Assembly: GCF_030611305.1 (NCBI RefSeq)
Contig: NZ_JAUWQB010000007.1
Span: 76-64,075 of the forward strand
Source of the DNA: Desulfobacula sp.
Lineage (GTDB): Bacteria > Desulfobacterota > Desulfobacteria > Desulfobacterales > Desulfobacteraceae
Direction: 5' to 3'
DNA length: 64,000 nt
Shown here: positions 63,072 through 64,000 of the stretch, in pieces
How the letters are laid out: every line of letters starts with the position of its first letter
How positions within the stretch are numbered: the first letter of the stretch is position 1
The notes under the pieces: generated by a model
What the model was told of the DNA's origin: nothing
Database searches by the model: none
What the model saw: only the letters and a program-made list of their open reading frames with translations
Made by a program: the position numbers and the translations under genes

Positions 63072-64000
63072 CTATAATGATCTTTTTTTACGGTTTTTAG
63101 GAATTATAGCCATGTCCCATAACAACCCTCTGAAACCAAATACTTTTAGTGCCCTCATCCTCATCTGTCCTTCTTCCGGTGGGAAAAACCGGTCTTTTTT
63201 CTTATGAAAAGCTTCTTTAATTTTTATATCCATCCAGTTCTTATCAACGAGAGGAGAAACATAATAGCAGGGCTTTAACAGGTCATTGTTACTGGAGATG
63301 ATCTCTTCCTCAACGGCAATTTTATGGAGCCCTGTTTTTGGAAGAATCCGGATGCCTGAAAATACAAAGACAGCACATTTTTTTAACCGGTCTATATTTT
63401 TTAATCCTTCCTGAACAGTTGCCCGTGTCTCTTTGGGCCCACCAAACATGAAAAAGTGGGCACAAGGGATTTTTGCTTTAATGCAATTTTCATTAAAGCT
63501 GAATATATCTTCAAAATTAAATGATTTGTTGATACCCTTTAAAGTCACATCACAAGCTGCATCGGAACCGACTTCCATGGCGTAAAGACCGGAATTTTTT
63601 AATAGTTTCAGATCATTCTGTTTTATATGTTCAGGTCTGAAATAGGCTGCCCATTTGATATTGCATTTCTTTTTGATCATTAGTTCAGCAATCGTAAGAT
63701 AATGGCCCTGCCGGTCATTAAAAACCGAATCTGTAAAAAACAATGTATCAACATGGAAATTTTTTTTTAGCCGAATCAGGTTGTCCACAACAAATTCAGG
63801 GCTCTGGTTCCGAAGTTTGTTCCCCTCTATCAAAGGGTATGAACAATAATTACATCCATGCGGACATCCTCTTTTTGTCTGGTAACTTAACATGCCGCTT
63901 TGATCAAAGTAATACGCCACAAGTTCTTTTTCATAAAGGGGAGAGAAAAAACCATTTTGAGTGATGGGTGTTTTAAAGGGATATATGATTTTTTTTGTTT
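63072..64000 (-). CDS. second radical SAM protein (probably B12-binding class), 5' end beyond the window
   Basis: TKRGCPHGCNYCSY. The reading frame stays open upstream of GTG 63920 to the window edge (..KKIIYPFKTPITQNGFFSPLYEKEL), so the gene is partial. Confidence 0.75.
   Translation of the reverse strand, partial: TKKIIYPFKTPITQNGFFSPLYEKELVAYYFDQSGMLSYQTKRGCPHGCNYCSYPLIEGNKLRNQSPEFVVDNLIRLKKNFHVDTLFFTDSVFNDRQGHYLTIAELMIKKKCNIKWAAYFRPEHIKQNDLKLLKNSGLYAMEVGSDAACDVTLKGINKSFNFEDIFSFNENCIKAKIPCAHFFMFGGPKETRATVQEGLKNIDRLKKCAVFVFSGIRILPKTGLHKIAVEEEIISSNNDLLKPCYYVSPLVDKNWMDIKIKEAFHKKKDRFFPPEEGQMRMRALKVFGFRGLLWDMAIIPKNRKKRSL

Overview
This 64-kb chromosomal segment has about 40% G+C by eye. Its gene content (HdrA/MvhD and HdrD-like genes, three sigma-54 enhancer-binding proteins, UGA-Sec recoding) suggests a sulfate-reducing Desulfobacterota genome, probably Desulfobacteraceae-like; this taxonomic call is an inference. 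All domain calls are motif recognition by eye, with no database search.

Layout:
1. 0.3-5.9 kb: a sigma-54-driven operon of two paralogous small secreted proteins, a two-beta-sandwich periplasmic protein and a large outer-membrane-type protein broken by three homopolymer frameshifts.
2. 6.0-19.8 kb: a PlsC-type acyltransferase and a receiver-less sigma-54 activator, divergent from one 3712-aa PUFA-synthase-like megasynthase (ER-ER-KS-KS*-AT-KS-ACP-ACP-KR-DH).
3. 20.0-27.6 kb: a histidine kinase and NtrC-type regulator upstream of a sigma-54 promoter driving a Rieske/cytochrome b module with two EB_dh-like heme proteins.
4. 28.7-35.9 kb: a decayed chromosomal integron with an intI remnant, nine attC-like sites and ten gene cassettes, including higBA.
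5. 37.5-40.3 kb: an ArsR-rhodanese regulator followed by two selenoprotein genes that the ORF track splits or truncates at in-frame UGA codons.
6. 40.4-64 kb: mostly housekeeping or redox genes (thrS, rnd, dapF, HdrD-like, HdrA/MvhD, rhomboid, FAH, tyrA, transporters). This stretch also holds an AT-rich DUF89 + radical-SAM pair, a CarS-like/metallophosphoesterase fusion, a ZraPSR-like sigma-54 module and two tandem B12-radical-SAM genes.

No rRNA, canonical tRNA or CRISPR array was seen.
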